Below, in pieces: positions 1 to 12,990 of a stretch of DNA of 64,000 nt. Each line of letters opens with the position of its first letter. Positions within the stretch are counted from its first letter, which is position 1. Location of the stretch: NCBI GenBank assembly GCA_965649765.1, contig OZ287758.1, positions 21,266,001 through 21,330,000 on the forward strand, given 5' to 3'. The DNA comes from Bispira polyomma (Eukaryota). Both the position numbers and the translations under genes were made by a program. The notes beneath the pieces were generated by a model. That model saw only the letters and a list, made by a program, of their open reading frames with translations. It did not search any database and was not told where the DNA came from.

Positions 1-958
1 CCACTGAATTCTGTCTATAGCACTTAAGACTGCAGTCCTTTAGATTACTAACTACATACTCCATCTACATGAATGTTACATGTGAAGATAGTCTGTTTGG
101 CATAGACCCTGAATATCCAAAATTATCGAGTTGTGTTCCTCTATTCTTATTCCATGTATTTGTATAAGACTGAATCTCCCAACTTCCACAAACTAACAAT
201 ACACCAATGTCTACTTACAAAGGTCAGTAATTTTAACTAAATTATTAAAAAATAAGATTGATCAACAATCATTAACTCATCTAGTTATTGCAACACAATT
301 CTTCCATTTTAACGAAAGAAGTTTTGCAGAGAATTCTACATCAATGTCTGAACTATCTAGAGCTTATGGCTTAATGAGACAAATGTCTACCCAAATATAT
401 AGATGTATCCCCTCACACCAGCACTTCAAGTACCATGCAGAAGCAATTGTACTTAATTCTCCCTTTTTTAGTTCTGCAGGCAGAGTAAATCCATTCAGGA
501 CTATTGATTTTACATAGCATTTATTAATTAATCCCAGTCAAAAACAGTTTGATATTTACATACTTCTGTGATATATAGATTACACTAAAAAAATAACTCC
601 ACAGACAGAAGTCTTTGTTTTTAGGTCGTCTGATGAAATTAATTATTTTCTAGTGACTACATTCACAGCATAAATTCCAAGATCACTATAAAAAGTGCAC
701 ACACCCTGAAGCTTTACAGTTTGCCACTAAACTTTGTATCCAATGAAAAAGGAATGGGGTGGTTCGAAAAATCAATGACAACCCCCCACTATTGGTGTTC
801 CTCCTCTCTCACACTCATCCCTACTTAAAACCTCCCCCAACAGGCTTTTGTTGTTAGCAATTGGCCCAGAGAGCAAGGATTAACGAATGAATAAACAATC
901 TTTGAAACTCATCGATTTGCTGGACACACGCAGACCCTGCTGGTAAAATTGTTAGATA

Positions 959-1500
959 GTAATTAATCCATGGGTCTGGGACCAGCTAAAAACACGTACA
1001 CACCAGTATAGAGTGTTACTTCATACAGCTGTAACAAAAGGAATCTATAGTTCCCCCCAGTTTTGTGTACATGTGCAGGAAAAGCCTGGATTTACAAAAT
1101 TGTTTTTTTTCCCCAGTCACAAAACACACTACACGGGTACCCCAGCCAACATACTGGCAGATTTATGGTGCACTTATTATACTCGACAATCTTATTTTCT
1201 TCTACATCAACATAAAAAACAAGCAATGTTGCATCTGTTACTCGCAAAGTGAAAGTTGTATGTATAAAAATATAAGCTTAGAGTAGTTAACCCGTCATGT
1301 GTAATTAATCCGTCGGTCTGATATCAACTAAAAACACACTGGTATAATTTCACTTGATGCTGCTGTTAAAAAGCAGAATCTATAGTCACCCAGCTTTTTT
1401 CAGATATACAAGGGGAGACTGGATTTAGAGAGATGTTTTGCCCTAGTCACACCCACACAAAGAACACTGTTGCCCCCGGATACTGTACTGACAGTATAAG
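959..1500. repeat. Degenerate tandem duplication (~200 bp; copies at ~959-1165 and ~1301-1500)
   Basis: Both copies read gtaattaatcc..ggtctg..ctaaaaacac..gaatctatagt..ctggattta..agtcaca in the same order. Confidence 0.6.
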
Positions 1501-4275
1501 TTAGCCATCTGACAAATAACTGGCTCTGCCAGGCGCCTGCTATAACGATCCATCATCTGCAAATTGTGGAGGTCCAATCAAAATGAAAAGACACCTTTAC
1601 AACTGCAGCACCACTGAGACCTTCTCTTATTAATGTAAAATCTCCTTGGGATCCCTTTTAATATAACATGGTAATATAATGGCCTGGTCTTTGATGATTT
1701 AGAACCCTGGATTAAATTACAGTAAACATGATTAACACTGAAATGGGGTTTAAATAGCCTAGAGAACAGATTTACACACAGAATGCTACACGCAGTGGAG
1801 GTTATCAAGTTATTTCAACAAATTGCAATACAATTTTTTTACTGCCCAGAACATAGTTTCTAAGTAGAGACCTGTATAAATATAAATATAAAGCAAATAT
1901 AAATCGTCATTCATTATCTTTAGTCATGCTTTACACCAGGGGCGTAAGGGCCCAAGAGCTTGTGTTGGTACATTTAGTATGAACCAATCCCAGAAACTAC
2001 TCTAACCATAAGTCAGCTGATGTAAACAAAATATATCAAACTAAAATAGCAAATATGCGGGCGAATATTGAAAATTATTAGGAAAACATATTTTAGGTGC
2101 AGGAAGTATACCTAAACTATTGTGTTTACGAAGTGAATTAGTATTATATGTGATGATTTAATAGATCTTAACTATAAAACATTTTCGACTCCACAAATCT
2201 CTACTTTGGCTTTGGTTTCCAAAACAAATTAAGCCTGTTATGGACTAATCTGGAGCCATGTAACACATGCCATGTTACAGGAACATAAATTTTAAAACCT
2301 GATCATAACATTCCAAACATGGATATACATGTATTATTACATGAGTATTAGTTTATACTTAAGGAGAATAACATTTTTTAAAATAACTGATAAAAATGTG
2401 GCATCAATAAATCTGTGTATTGGTGCACCATGTAAAACCGTTAAATTCTATGTGTGTAAACATTTGTCTAGATACAAGTGGCGATCTCAGTAAAACACTG
2501 GCTTCTGTATAACTTTAGTAGCATTTGGTAACTGCAGTCACTGTGGTGTAAATGCTAAACACTGTACCAGTTGGAAATATTCCACATTTAATAGAAAACT
2601 GCTCACAACTTCCTTGTTTATACTTTGAGACAAAAACAGGTCTAGTTTTCAAGGACACTGGGGTTGCTAGGCTAATGATATAAGCACATGACATTTGCTA
2701 TCAAATATCCATTATGATAAAAAAGGGACGAATGAAAGATGGTAACTAAGAGACGAAGGTGACTTGAGGGGTTGGAGAGGGAGGGTGGGGGGATTCTCCG
2801 TGATGACAAGGATGAGGAGGACGGTGGGTGTAGTATTTACAACCTTCTGTCATGTCAATTAGAGGGATCATGTCCTTATCTATCAAATAAGGCCTGCTTT
2901 AACCATCCGGAAATTAAAGTGGCATATTTTAAAGGAGAAAAACAGTGGTATTTCAGTCTTAGCTTAAACTTAAGTTCTCACAATAAAACAAAGAAGTGAC
3001 ATGTGCCCTTAGTTCTTTTTAGCAGGGCTATCCTTTTGTAATTACTACAGGAAATGAAAAGGAGCAATTTATAGTTATAACTAGGAGAACTAAGACCAAA
3101 CACTGACAGAGTGGGGAAAGAGGGGTTAGGGGATGTGGGAGCTGGTTACTCTTCTATGAAGGTTATCCCATCTAACTAGTCATATTGCAGGATCAATTTG
3201 CTGTTTTCCTGTAGTTTTCTGGCAGAGTTTATGTGAAACAAAAGCTGAAGAGATGATGTTTATGAAAGACACATTTTAAAGATGTTTCATCAGACGTGAT
3301 GTTACTCTTGACAAATGTGATATTCTTTGTCACCATTGGCATGTTGGTTGCAACAATCATGTACAACAAAACACATGTAAAACCATATTATGCAAGAGGA
3401 AGAGTTATCAAGATCATTCAAACATTTTGTAGATAATGCTGTAACATATCTTAATACATTAACAAATCTTTAAAATGAAGTCAGCAATTCATATATGATT
3501 AAATAAAAGGTATTGCTTAACTGACTTATAAAGTTATAATCAACCATACTTATTAATGGTATACACTCTGCAAACTTCTTCTACATAAAAGAATCATTGG
3601 TATTTGACCCCACTGTCCTCAGAGGTAAGAGGTTAGTGATATTATAGTAGTTGCTTAGAACCATTAGGCCACTAGGGCTCCTCCATTGGGAAATCAATCT
3701 TTGTTCCAAAGTTTGAAAAGAAGCCAAGAAACATGTGCTACTAACTAGGCCAGAGCAGCGAATAACTTGGAAACACCTTAAAATATTTGTGGTATCATTC
3801 GGTGTTGTCAATATGTGTATTGTCTTTCCAATTGAAATGAATATTGTATAGCCCAGCGCAATGAATAATACAAACGTTTTATGAAAAGTATCAGCAAATT
3901 CTTGAAAGCGGTCATAGTCACTGGGTCACTGGCCAACATTATCATGACCACCGATGTTACCAATCACCCAGGTTAAACTTAAGCGAAGGCTCTGAATAAC
4001 TCCTCTATAGGGGTATAACTAACACATGTATTCATTTCATATAGAGCTTTCAGCGCTGAATTCAAATTTGCAGTCAAAATGTATGTAGCTTTTCACGAGA
4101 CACAGGAAGAACTTACAGTTCAAGTTAGTTGTTGGGCAAGCTTAAAATTTTCGGAGTATTCGGACACCGGCTGCTAACTTGCTATGATAACACCTTATAA
4201 GTGTCAGCAAAGTTTAGTGACACATCTATATCTATCTAGATTATGGGCATAAAATATGTCATGCCAAAAACTTAC

Positions 4276-4370
4276 TCATTGCTTCCTGTTTACTGGATTC
4301 CACTAGATTCAGACGATCCATTTCAGCAATAGCAACATATTCAGAAGTTAAGGCAGATTCACTACTTTTC
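4276..4370 (-). CDS. Internal coding exon of an unidentified - strand gene (KSSESALTSEYVAIAEMDRLNLVESSKQEAM)
   Basis: On - strand: atgtacag|G AAA AGT...GCA ATG A|gtaagt. The 95-nt exon is open when entered in phase 2 and exits in phase 1; entry phase matches the 8978-9017 exon. Confidence 0.65.
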
Positions 4371-6879
4371 CTGTACATATTTGTATGCTCAAAAATAAAT
4401 AAAACAATAACAGGCAATATGCCAAGTTTAAAATATTTAACTCCCTGAAATTGTCAAGAATGTTTACTTTTCATTCATCAAAATATCATATCCATTGATA
4501 CAGTTTATTTGTTCAGTAAATGTCTCTATAGTAAGATTGTAGTTTGCTACAAATTCAAATGACATATGTAATGGTGTTAAGTGTTCTAAATCCAAGCAAC
4601 CATACCACATGAAATAGAATTGTTTAAAATATTAAAGTGTTTGGATGAAGTGCCTCTATAAACCACAAAACCCTCTGCATATATTTAATACATGCACATT
4701 ATTTTCATGGATAGCCAATAAAATTGAAAATAAACAATTGGTTTACAGTTAAACAGTTAATGGTTTTAAAGTCTGGTAACTAATGCTTTCGTACTCCAGC
4801 ACTGTTGTTTTAAGTTTACCAGTTTTAACAAAAAACATATGAACAGTTGTTTCTTATTTTTCTTGGTAGACCCCACATAACTTATACATTGTTATGTTAG
4901 GGTAAGACTTAAAAGGGTAATGCTAAGGTTGTCTAATATTTAAGAATTTACACAAAATAATTATTTAACAACAATCTCTATCACTTTGGCTCTCTCCTAT
5001 TGACCTCTATATGACCTTAATTTTTACTGTAAAATGACTGTTGCATTGATTCCTAAGGCTTTGTATTATACTAATGTATTTTTAGGATATCACAATATAG
5101 AAAAGAAAGGCTGTAGTTGTATGATTCTATGCAGACATCTCGCTCTTATACAAACAGCAAAGTGCTGGTATATCTTCACATGTCTTTGTCTTAAGAATAA
5201 TTGTTTTGTAAATATATCTACTTAATTTTTCTATAGTTTACCCACTACACACGTCAGCAGCATAGTGTTTTGTAAAATAGATAGTTGGTATAAATCAATA
5301 TAAAAATCATGCAAGATCAGAGAAAATATTTTACTTCAAGTGATTAGTGTGTTAAAACATATTTAGTAATTAATGTGTCGCTGGCTGAAACGAAAAAAAA
5401 CGCCATAATTGCATTGAATATTATGGCCGACCTTAATCTCGGTTTTTTGAAATATGACCTCTAATGTTTTAAATCTGGCTGCAAAAAATAATCCTTTTCT
5501 CTACAGCTATATTATAAAAATAAAATAGAACAATACACATCAAATAGTTTGAGTTTAATGAAGCCAAATTAGAACTGACAGAAAAAGGATGGAATGGATG
5601 TGTTTCAAGCACAGACTAGTACAAGTCGATCATGCATGAATAGTATGAAAACAACATCAGCATTGATGATAATATAAAAGCAACACCTGTATGTTAGTGT
5701 GAAATACCCAAATTTACTAGGTCACCCAGATGTTATAGTACAGAAATCACTGTTACCACCACTTTTTTTATTGGAAAGAGTCCACTATACTTTCTATATT
5801 GTCATGATTTCAAATATATTGCTGCATCTGGTACACATATGCACACAGCCATCTTTGTATATCTTAAACTTTTGATTTGAAGTTTTCCTAACTCATTGAA
5901 ATGTAAGACATAACTTGTGTCATATAATTTCATGAACATGTCTGAATTACTTCGATATAGGCATCTTTGCTGCACATCAAATGCTATTTTCTGATCTTAT
6001 TATTATATAGATACACATTTTTTATATTTCTTAAACGTGTGTTTGATGAAAATTATTTATAGAAACTAAGGGAATTAATAACCTGGAAATTTTATTTTAC
6101 CAATCGTCTTTAGATATGGTAAATTACATTGTAGAAATACTAAATGTGCTTGTTGTGGTAAATAGGCCATTGACTATACCAGTTTGTAACTGTACACTGC
6201 CAAAGATTTTTTATGCTCTAAGCATAACCTATATATTACTAATTATAATGAAATTGGAATGTCAAAGGATTGTAAGGATGGTTTGCATAAATATATGTTG
6301 CCCAACACATGACAAAATTGTTTAATTGTGTTCATGCTTACAATACTGGAAACTGTTTAAGATTTAAGAAAATACAACTAAATGCTATGTAAAAAGCATG
6401 TGTCCTAGTGTTAAAATGTTACTATGACACCCCCCTCCCCCTGACATTAAATCTTTATTTTCTCTGTCCAGCTTTAAAAGTAGTTTAAAGAAAATGTTGA
6501 TTTGCCCAGCAGTCCACTTTAGGGGACTGCTGCCTCAGTTACCCTCCTGTCCAATTCTCTTTTTCTAAAACTATTCTTGTGCCAAAAATTCCACACTCAC
6601 TAATTAGGTATGCAGCCAATCAATACCAGACCCACATCAATTAGCGTGGTCATCCCCACATACATTCTCCATTTTGGAAAAGTCATTCCAAGGGTAAACA
6701 ACCATTTTAGAAAAATTCCCACCACCATTCCCCTTCATGCCTCCACTAGGAAACTTTTCATTTAACAAAAGCTCTTATACACAGTTTAATACTTAATAGT
6801 TCATTACATTTGACACAGTCAGGTGTACTAATAGTGTTGGTAACTCGCACTTCAGATGTTTAAGGCTCTGCATTAGCAT

Positions 6880-7200
6880 AGCCCTGGTATTAGTAGAGTG
6901 TCGGTAAGTCGCACTCTAGGCAGTATTCGACCCCGGGACCGTGTGGAGATGGGATTCTGTCTTTCAATCTTTCCTCCGTGGGGACTCAGAGTTGAATAGA
7001 AGCACTGTGAGACAGAATCCCCTCTCTGCTAGGCGATTAGGTGCCATAGGTCACGGGTTCCAATGCTGTCTAATGCTGTCTTAAAATTTGTCACACTGCA
7101 CGTAATATCAGGTTGAATGATATTGAGGTAATATGACTGTGGTTGTATAACGCACTAATATACCAGACTATTGTGTTGACGCGATGGTGGACGTTATAGG
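6880..7200 (+). mobile_element. Degenerate tRNA-derived SINE
   Basis: A-box-like tagtagagtgtcggt and B-box-like gtattcgacccc; internal inverted pair gggattctgtct/agacagaatccc; SINE-like tail ending ggtggacgtta. Confidence 0.55.
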
Positions 7201-8977
7201 CTGTCAAAGGCACATCTACCTGTAATTAACTGGCTTGGCTATTTATAATTGAACTTTGTGGGCTAGTCCCTATATTATTTTAATGTTTAATTTTACACAC
7301 GTTAACTATGTCCGCTTACATGGGCTTTATGTTTTGTTACAGTGTGGGTATATTTTAAAATCTCATATCTTCAATTTTAACCTACTTTTGTACTGTGTAA
7401 TTTGTACATACATACTAACTCTTGCACAAAAATAAATCTCAAAATGGTATCTTGTAGTCTACTTCTCAAGGTCATTTCATAACTTTACAATTCCACCAAC
7501 TTGGTAACTGAGGATTATCGAGATAACAAGAACAAAGTGAAACACTAAATACAGTCATGAATTAACTAAAACAATTCAGCAGATTAAACCATATACAGTT
7601 CGATGTATGTTTATATATTTGTGATGTATCTGGTTTGTACTCATATTAGAAGTTGTTTAACCTCATACATTTCCTCTCAGCATCAATGATTTATGTAACA
7701 TATTGTATTGTATAATATTATGCTGAATAAAAAATTATTATTATTAATTTTTACCGAAATTTTAATCTGTAAGAATTATTATTTCAATATAACTCCCCAA
7801 AAATGTTATGGATATTATCAATAGTGCAGCAACTAAGCAGTTCTGGTGTAAACATGTTATCTTTTCTCTGATTAAAACTGCTCCCACAATGAAAACTGTT
7901 CAGCAGCTGCAGACACACAAAGATCACCCTGCCAAGACTAGCCTGATTTAATGGCTGGGGATGAGTCACGCAGATATTCCCAGGATAATCATCCGGATTT
8001 AATATCCAAAGTTGGGACCATAAATCACATCATGGAGGTCCCACAGAGAACATCTTAATCCATACTCTTAGTGAGAAAACCTATTTCTCTCTCCAATGAT
8101 ATATGGTTGATGTTATGATGTTGTCATCAGGCTAATTGACAATTGTTTTTCGCCGAGAGTCGATAATATTTCAGGAAGAAGTTAATCTATCTAAATATAT
8201 AAAACATTTTAACCAGGCTGTATAATAAGATCATTTTAGGGATACAACACAAAGATGTGAGGATTTAAGGAAAAGTAGATTTTAAGCCTTAGACTTGTGA
8301 TCCCCAGGGAAATGGCACTCAAATGACCCCCTTGTCCAGCTCTATCATCCCCTCTAGCCCTATATGCATGCATTGTGAATGCTCTGTAATTAAAGAGAGG
8401 CACTTGCAGCAGTGTGAAGGGAATTTCAATCTCTTCATTGTTGCAAAATGGAAAACTTGTACAGCTGATGTAAATCTTTGTGTGGCGAGGATTTGTCAGA
8501 ATATAGGAAACTAGGAACATTAGAATGCATGTAATGACAGTTCTGCATCTTGTCTTTTTGCAATTTTAAAACTCTGATCATATTTCACTTATTGTAGACA
8601 CATATACCAACTGCATAAATCAAACTACATCACATCAACATAACTCCTTAAACTGTTAAGGATATTAGCAATAGTGAAGCAAGAAAACAGTCCTATAAAT
8701 ATAAATAAAATCGTCTCTCCCTAAAAATATACCACTACAGTTACTATCCTACCATTGGGCCACTAATGCAATAAAGTATTTTCTTATATTTATAATGTCA
8801 ATCATTGTTTTAAATATTATTAGCACTATAAAATATGTTAAACAAGGGCAATCATTAGGGTGCATACCTTCGCCAAGGTGCAACAAAAAGTAAAAACAAG
8901 TTTTATACCCCATACCAACATAGATTCCATGTAAATTAGTTGAGTAGAATTTGTGTAATCCTGGTGACACCACTTAC

Positions 8978-9017
8978 AAACCAAGATACACGAACGAATA
9001 ATTCTTGTCATGGATAA
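8978..9017 (-). CDS. 40-nt internal coding exon ((x)IHDKNYSFVYLG(L)); putative common acceptor for the alternative first exons
   Basis: - strand: ctttcattgccag|TT ATC CAT GAC...CTT GGT TT|gtaagt. Phase 1 in and phase 2 out, bridging the upstream phase-1 donors to the 4276-4370 exon. Confidence 0.6.
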
Positions 9018-9283
9018 CTGGCAATGAAAGTGGAAACATGTATTAATTAATTTCTGGCCAACTTTTTTATGTATAAAAATGGAAAAAATCACATTTTTTT
9101 ATAAACAAGGCATACCAATTGACTTTGAGTTGAAATAGTCGAATGGTCATATGTGAGCCTGTTATCAACATTCCCCCAAAATGGCTATTAAGACAAGGAC
9201 CGGGCATCAATAAATCATCTGGCAGCACACGCCTGAAATTTGGCAATTTTCTGCATGACTAGCAGTGTGGTGATTTCACTCAC

Positions 9284-9378
9284 GCAGGAAAAATGTACCA
9301 GTTTGGAAATCTCTAAATCCCTAAACTGTGTCCGGCGACCTTGTGATGTAGAGGGCTATGGCTTATTTATATATATAA
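9284..9378 (-). promoter_or_regulatory. Possible TATA promoter and non-coding first exon
   Basis: - strand TATATATAAA (~9366-9378), then an ATG-free stretch ending in a canonical GTGAGT donor (9283-9278), ~270 nt upstream of the 9017 acceptor. Confidence 0.3.
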
Positions 9379-10691
9379 GCTATGCATACTGAGTAAACAT
9401 AGTAAACCCAGCGAATGTACAAACTGTATTAATTAGATAATTCTACAATGTACTACAAATCCATATTTACAACAAACTGGGCAAAGGTCATCGTTTCTTG
9501 GTGGATCAATATTTTGGGGCGTGGCTTCTGAAGAGTGATGAGTCCTTAGTAATGTTTCTTTTTTGGGGAGATTGGGTGGTGAACAAAGAGTTCCTATGGA
9601 AGCAGGCATTCCTGCAGTCACTTTGGTGAATTAAGAATGCCTAATCAGGGGTTCAACAGTAAACCTTATGTTAAGGTCTCTTAAATGTTTGGAGAAAGCC
9701 TCACACAGATTTCGACTGATCCTTTTAAACTGGTACTTACTGCAATAGGTATGCATAATTACCTACTATATTGTGTGGATGACATATCAAATATTTAATG
9801 CATCTATAAATTAAATGAATGCTACTACGCTATTCGAATGTAGTCAGACCAACTATAACCATGCCAATGGACGCTATATATAAGGTCATGGTAGTGCTTT
9901 GGACTGTAGGCAGACATTGGGCTGTTAGTTAAGGTCATTTGTTTGTTGATCACATTAATAAGATGCACAGCCTTGGGCTGAGAGATGGTATAAGATGATA
10001 GGGTTTGGCTGTAAACATTGAACTAATTGTCCTCTTAACTATACCTCACTGTGTGCTCAGATCTCACTATTGGGATTCCCTTCAGGGAGAATGCATCATG
10101 ATATTTACAAATAAGCTGTCCATGTGTTTAGGCATAGATTGCAATAAATACTATAGGCAAATGGAAGTTGGTTGTAACCAAAGATTTAACTTCTTTGCAT
10201 AATGTACAGTTATACAATATTTATTATTAAAACATTTACATAGCTCTCTGCTGATATATCAACCTCTAAGTTGCTCATTCTCTGACATTGATAGTCCTAC
10301 AATATAGCCTGGGTGGGCATCAGTAGGCAATGGTGTGTTCATCTTTGACCACCAGATACACTCCCTAACCACAAAGTCACCAGTGACCCAATAGAACACA
10401 CACTCTACTCATATGTATGACTCTATCGACTCTTTTAAACCATTAAAATCAATATTTTCTATTATAATCGTGATGTCTAAAATATATACTCCTAAAAGTA
10501 AGATATTTTTAATTTGTAGAGGGCAAACCATAAAAACATCTTTTAATTTTAAGTCTTCATGGCCTTTACAAGATATGTTTTTGTAATATTTTTTTGGCAT
10601 CTGATTGTACAAACTGATTTATTATTTACATCTGATTTTGATACAAGCAATAACAAGTCCACCGCGGACTGGTTATTTTCAAACACTATTC

Positions 10692-10869
10692 NNNNNNNNN
10701 NNNNNNNNNNNNNNNNNNNNNNNNNNNNNNNNNNNNNNNNNNNNNNNNNNNNNNNNNNNNNNNNNNNNNNNNNNNNNNNNNNNNNNNNNNNNNNNNNNNN
10801 NNNNNNNNNNNNNNNNNNNNNNNNNNNNNNNNNNNNNNNNNNNNNNNNNNNNNNNNNNNNNNNNNNNNN
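10692..10869. other. Assembly gap (N run)
   Basis: Continuous run of n. Confidence 0.99.
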
Positions 10870-11195
10870 TGCATAGCAACATGATGTACATAACAACGGT
10901 GATATCTAAAAGCGAGACTTTGTTCAGGCTTCATACAAGACAATTACCGCATCAAATATGCATGAAGAACAAGTTTTTACAGAAATGTCGGCCGGGGCTT
11001 TTAGTACCTTGAGTTGTGAGGGGGTTTTTGTAAGACAGAAATGCCAATTTTCCATCCAGCTTGTCGACCTAGGGGTGAGTGAGTCCATGATGGGGTAATG
11101 TGTAATGTTATGGGGGTTATTCATGACACAGGGACTTTTAGGGTTTAAGTAGCATTTTATGTTTAAAAATGATTTATTTACACAAGCCAGGCCAC

Positions 11196-11372
11196 AACAT
11201 TTTATAACCTCATTTCTGTTGGTTTGTGTTGTTTTTTTAAATGCTATCAGATGGCAGTCTTTGACAGGTGTAGGCCTTTTTTAGGCCTAAACATTTTATA
11301 ACCTCATTTCTGTTGGTTTGTGTTGATTTTTTTGAATGCTAACAGATGGCAGTCTTTGACAGGTGTAGGCCT
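11196..11372. repeat. Tandem duplication, 2 copies of ~85 bp
   Basis: aacattttataacctcattt...cagatggcagtctttgacaggtgtaggcct occurs twice, near-identical. Confidence 0.85.
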
Positions 11373-12109
11373 GCCCAGATTCTTGCTCTTGTTATTAGTT
11401 ATTCAGTTGCCAAGTACTGGGTATTTGTGCATTAATAAAATGTAAATTTGTATTTATATAGTGCCTTTTTCAAAGCTTTATACACAGTTTACATCCCCAG
11501 CCTAGGTTTTTCACTTGTAAACCAATTGTTCACTCTCCGCTCCCTAAGAGAGCATACTATCCATGCTGTCACTTACGGTGCAGAGACCATTTGTGAAACT
11601 TCTGAAGAAAACAACAACTACAAACTACTAAATTTTGTTAAAAATGTATATCAGTAAGTAAATAGAAGTACAAATGGCAAATACAGCGAAAACATAACAT
11701 TATCAATTGGATGCCAAATGGGATTCGGAACCACAATGTCCATGTCTTTATTTACCAAGCCGTTAGTAGTGATTTTGCCACTTTTTGAGGTTCTGCCACT
11801 TTTATAGGTTGACATAACCATGTCAGCCTGCATGATTACACAGAAAGTGCACGTCTTGCGGACAACAATCTACCCCACTTTAAAGGTTGGGTCAACACAC
11901 GAATGTAATTAAAGCAGGTATGTGTATTCTCAGTAGACTAAAATGCATTATTTGCACTGAAACTATTGCTATTGCTAATCAGCACTATATCTATCAACTA
12001 AGCCTAACATGCTAATTGAATATACTACTGGTCATGTAACATAACCAAGGCCGAGGTTTTAGCAAGATCCCTTGAGGTTTTACACTGGTAGTCTCAAAAC
12101 TACAATCAA

Positions 12110-12347
12110 TTGAATTGGGATATTTTTAACGTCCACGTTAGTTATATTGGGACGGGTAGTTAGAAACGCTGGAGGAAACACTGCATACAGTTGATCAAGG
12201 TTCTGCACTGAAACCAGCGGCCCACAGTAAGGAACTACCACCTTTCCCACATAGGCATCGACAGGTTTCGAACTCACGCCGCCCAGAGATGAGAGACCAG
12301 TGATTGTGAGGCACAATGCTTGCTAACCACTAGGCCACCGCGTCCCC
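12110..12347 (-). mobile_element. Full-length tRNA-derived SINE with 15-bp target-site duplication
   Basis: - strand head GGGGACGCGGTGGCCTAGTGGTTAG (A box) and GAGTTCGAAACC (B box). Flanked by caaaactacaatcaa at 12095-12109 and 12348-12362. A second copy lies at 62534-62790. Confidence 0.9.
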
Positions 12348-12765
12348 CAAAACTACAATCAAGTCTCCTCAGATTTGAGCACTGTGTGTGCTGAATACTT
12401 AAGTGGACAGTTACTTCCTGAGATAAAGCTGCAGATGCTTTGTTGGAGGTGGAAAGATTGGTAACAAACAGAGCAGCTATTGATATGGTATTTAGATAAG
12501 CTCTTGCCAGCTAAGGCGTGGTTTTGGTTGACCAAAGTCCCAAGAAAATGTTTGCTTCATGACAACAAAGAGAGTTAGATGCAACTGCCTTGCCTACTTT
12601 GTCAACTTATATTTTGGAATATTACCAAGCTCTTATTTACTACAAAGTATGTCATATGGATAATTAGTGGTGTGTACATCTCAGTTGTGATGTCATTAAT
12701 TCTAGGTGACAGTGCGGTGAAAATGAATACAGTTAATGTGCAGCATTTATATAGTTACTACTCTT

Positions 12766-12990
12766 ATTAACCCAGCCAAGGACTGCCATATTCCCGCCCA
12801 ATTACACGGGTTTGTTTGTTTGTTTGTTTGTCGTACACAAAAACTACAGAACCAATTTACATTAAATTTTAGTGGAAGGATTGGACATGGATCGATGAGG
12901 AATCCATTAAGTGTTTTCAGAAAGAGGGGTTTCAGAAACTTTTGTTTACTTTTTGATAATGTGGCATCTCGGATGAGCTATATGGTCTAC
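12766..12990 (+). mobile_element. Non-autonomous Helentron/DINE-like Helitron fragment
   Basis: (gttt)n microsatellite followed by aaaactacagaaccaatttacattaaattttagtggaagg, which resembles the core of this element type. Confidence 0.5.

Noticed and set aside
4276-4370. Naming the - strand gene (AMPK gamma, PDE or PKA considered because of the alternative first exons)
   Set aside because: The peptide does not match the conserved common exons of those families as I recall them, so no symbol is given.
10549-11012. ORFs containing X runs
   Set aside because: They are open only because they cross the N gap.
12080-12316. Paralogous small proteins (ORFs 12080-12316 and 62494-62751)
   Set aside because: The similarity comes from two copies of the same non-coding SINE.
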